Shown here piece after piece: positions 56,548-57,329 of a DNA stretch of 57,329 bases. The DNA comes from Myxococcales bacterium (GTDB lineage: Bacteria > Myxococcota_A > UBA9042). Below the pieces are notes generated by a model. The model did not search any database. It saw only the letters and a program-made list of their open reading frames with translations, and was not told the origin of the DNA. The stretch spans positions 1-57,329 of the forward strand of contig JBBISH010000028.1 of NCBI GenBank assembly GCA_037441385.1. Reading direction: 5' to 3'. Each line of letters begins with the position of its first letter. The first letter of the stretch is position 1. The translations under genes were made by a program, and so were the position numbers.

Positions 56548-57025
56548 CCCTTCACCCGACGAGCGGTGGCTGGTCGAACTCGCTGCGGCGTGCCAGGCGG
56601 TGGGCCTTGACGCGGTGGTGGTGGGGGCGACGGCTGCGGTGCTGCAGGGGGCGCCGCTCATGACCCAGGATGTGGACTTGCTGGTTCGCTCCACGGTGCG
56701 CAACCAGGCCAAGCTGCAGGCGCTGGCGCGCGCGCTGGGTGGGAGCTGGATGCGTCTGTCCGAGCTGTCGAGCGTGCAGACCCTGGTGGGGTGTCCGCTG
56801 CAGGTCGACATTCTGTTCGATGCCTTGCCTGGCGGGCTGCGGTTCGAGTTGGTAAAGTCGCGCGCGCTGCGGCTCGACGTGGGCGGTCACCCGCTGGCGG
56901 TGGCGACCCTGGCCGACGTCATCGCTTCCAAGCGCGCGGCCAACCGCCCAAAGGACCGGGTTCAGTTGCCGCTGCTGGAGGAAACGGCGCGGATCGTGGC
57001 GGTCGTGGAGCGACGCGAGGGGTAG
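56528..57025 (+). CDS. Pol-beta superfamily nucleotidyltransferase (AbiEii/DUF6036-like)
   Basis: VVGATAAVLQG...TQDVDL (G-A, DxD), VDIL and SKRAANRPKD. Confidence 0.82.
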   Translation: MAGADRSPSPDERWLVELAAACQAVGLDAVVVGATAAVLQGAPLMTQDVDLLVRSTVRNQAKLQALARALGGSWMRLSELSSVQTLVGCPLQVDILFDALPGGLRFELVKSRALRLDVGGHPLAVATLADVIASKRAANRPKDRVQLPLLEETARIVAVVERREG

Positions 57026-57056
57026 GCTGCGGGCGGTCTGGCACCTCTACGGTTGA

Positions 57057-57126
57057 TTTGGGCGTTCCCCACCGCGAGAGAAAGACTCTGCACAATCCGG
57101 ACTTCCCCCGCGGCCATCCCCAACGC
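57057..57126 (+). repeat. direct repeat copy 2
   Basis: Core and tail are contiguous, without the insert seen in copy 1. Confidence 0.8.
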
Positions 57127-57139
57127 GCCTTACTATTTA

Positions 57140-57329
57140 GAGGGTGTGTACATATTATTCAGCCCCGAGCCGTGCCGTGATGAGGCGAATCATGGCGAGC
57201 GTCATCCAGGCCTTGCTGCTTGCGATCGTCTCTTCGTAGTCCTTTGACAGCCGACGGTTGCGCGACATCCACGCTAGCGTGCGTTCGACGATCCAGCGCC
57301 AGCGCACGACGACGAAGCCGGTCGGCTGC
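57140..57329 (-). mobile_element. IS5-family (IS1031-like) insertion sequence, right end, truncated by the window
   Basis: Putative terminal IR GAGGGTGTGTACATA (57140-57154) next to TTA and abutting the transposase stop codon. Confidence 0.8.
57155..57329 (-). CDS. IS5-family DDE transposase, C-terminal part
   Basis: Minus-strand translation [54 protein letters not shown]. Confidence 0.9.
   Translation of the reverse strand, partial: QPTGFVVVRWRWIVERTLAWMSRNRRLSKDYEETIASSKAWMTLAMIRLITARLGAE

Noticed and set aside
56066..57126. Repeats as integron attC sites
   Set aside because: The GTT and AAC ends are in the wrong order for RYYYAAC...GTTRRRY, there is no clear long hairpin in the core, and no integrase is in the window.
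1..57329. Frequent CTAG / CTA-GAG codon pairs suggesting unrepaired 5mC deamination
   Set aside because: By eye the count still seems below the base-composition expectation; a proper tetranucleotide analysis is needed.

Overview
GC-rich bacterial chromosomal window. The gene content (Hanks-type kinases with TPR or STAND tails, Cys-rich repeat lipoprotein, Glt/AgmX-like domains, sigma54 promoter) points to Myxococcota/deltaproteobacteria (inference). About 45 CDSs are supported. From left to right: a TerY-P/YegLKI triad; pepQ; a complete eukaryote-type 6-phosphofructo-2-kinase/fructose-2,6-bisphosphatase; a PiT+DUF47 phosphate-transport module (a second copy lies about 30 kb downstream in reversed gene order); kinase and PP2C genes; a K+ channel; an OxyR-like LysR; an extended HDAC; PIN-PhoH; an atypical HAD; PpiC/SurA; a translationally coupled ArsA/Get3-M16-M16-HD(SAH) operon; ElbB; a MepA-like peptidase with a large insertion; a kinase-STAND fusion; an SDR; a CNNM/CBS protein; a sigma54-driven small membrane protein; a Ski2-like helicase; and two toxin-antitoxin-like modules separated by repeats, ending in an IS5-family element. 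The most notable signals are the bacterial PFKFB, a dispersed intergenic motif GGTAGAA(A/G)ATGCCCCCC, and the repeat-delimited TA cassettes. No rRNA, tRNA or CRISPR array was seen. All calls come from reading motifs by eye, and no database search was run.
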